The position numbers were made by a program, and so were the translations under genes. The notes under the pieces are model-generated. The model made no database searches, was not told the DNA's origin, and saw only the letters and a program-made list of their open reading frames with translations. Positions 63,089 to 64,000 of a DNA stretch of 64,000 bases are shown one piece after another. Location: assembly GCA_008632985.1 (NCBI GenBank), contig QPGO01000031.1, forward strand, positions 310,001-374,000, written 5' to 3'. The DNA is from Psammoneis japonica (Eukaryota). Each line of letters opens with the position of its first letter. The first letter of the stretch is position 1.

Positions 63089-64000
63089 TCATATTCCACT
63101 CTCTGGGAGCAAATATTGATGTTCCATGGCCCAACTTGTCAAAACATCAAACATGGCCAACGTGACGCCAAACTGTGGTGCCGATCGAATCACTCGTTCA
63201 AACCATCCACTAAACAAAACTTCAGGTCCCTCTTGTTGGATTATTGATTTTGCGACACCCACAAAGCTGTCAGACGTTCCTGTTGCCGTATAGTCCATGG
63301 CCATGGCTGGAACTCCTAGTCTGTCTTTTTTGGCGGATTGAATGCGGGTTTTGCAAACATCTGCCGGTGTCGAGAAAAAGGCAGCGGGTGCCGCTGCCAG
63401 GGTGCCGGCAATCATGTTGGCCCAAAACGTGTCGGCACCACCCGCGTCTCCCAAAGCGGACGCGGCCAACATGGATGCAATAATGATTTTGCCGTGTGAA
63501 TACAAGGGAAACAAAATGGCAGAAAAGAGCGCATCTCGCAATACACAGGCTTCGGCGCCTTCGTACAAATCCACCAATCCCTCCACTTGCGACAAGGCTT
63601 CCTTAATGGACAATGGTTCTCCTGACAGTGAAGAAGTTTGTACTCTTGTTTTTACAACCTGGGAAAAAAGAGATGAAGATAAGAAAAGGTAAAAAGAGTA
63701 AAGACGAAGAAAATTGACTGCAGACTACAGGAACACTAGACACACCTCAAGTGGATTTGTAACGATGACTTGTGTCATTCCTGCTACACCACCGGCAACG
63801 ACCTCACCAATCACAGGCAGACCTCCAAAGTGAGCTCGAATGACTTCTCGCATTACGTCATTTACTGATAATTTGATTGTCTTTTCGGGAGCCACGCCGG
63901 CAACATTCACCATGGCTCCTCGATACAGTCCAAGCGGTCCGTCATTTTTCAATACATCATAGGCAGCTTGCAAACCTCCACTGTATTTACTCCGACCCTC
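63089..64000 (-). CDS. 3' part of a mitochondrial carrier (SLC25, glutamate/aspartate-carrier-like); intron ~63625-63745
   Basis: Motifs GLYRG, GVAPEKTIKLSVND, TNPLE, TPADVCKTRIQ and RSAPQFGVTL. Confidence 0.9.

Overview
Eukaryotic nuclear DNA, most likely a diatom or other stramenopile (short GT-AG introns, a 'TSAF'-type plastid presequence, CoDi-like Ty1/copia remnants). Ordinary host genes include TilS, MATE, a membrane-anchored kinase, MAPEG, ADP-ribosylglycohydrolase, HECT E3, Tudor+SET-like, lipoyl-domain, CTD phosphatase and mitochondrial carrier. They alternate with five sharply bounded domains (~2.6-11.1, 20.8-28.8, 37.9-40.1, 43.8-45.9 and 49.2-61.1 kb) holding transposons and redundant gene copies in which TpA has almost vanished. 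Paralog pairs inside the window show TA replaced by TG or CA (A:T>G:C), which turns Tyr into His or Cys and erases TAA/TAG stops. In young copies this happens while CpG is largely intact, and only one member of each duplicated gene pair is hit. The direction is opposite to fungal RIP and 5mC deamination does not explain it, so I infer a repeat-targeted adenine hypermutation (genome-defence) process; no causal enzyme is visible here. Also present: a head-to-tail dimer of a Crypton-like tyrosine-recombinase element, an unmutated Harbinger-type MITE, a TRIM with a tRNA-like core, and CTAG-rich palindrome patches at several domain borders. All alignments and counts were done by eye.
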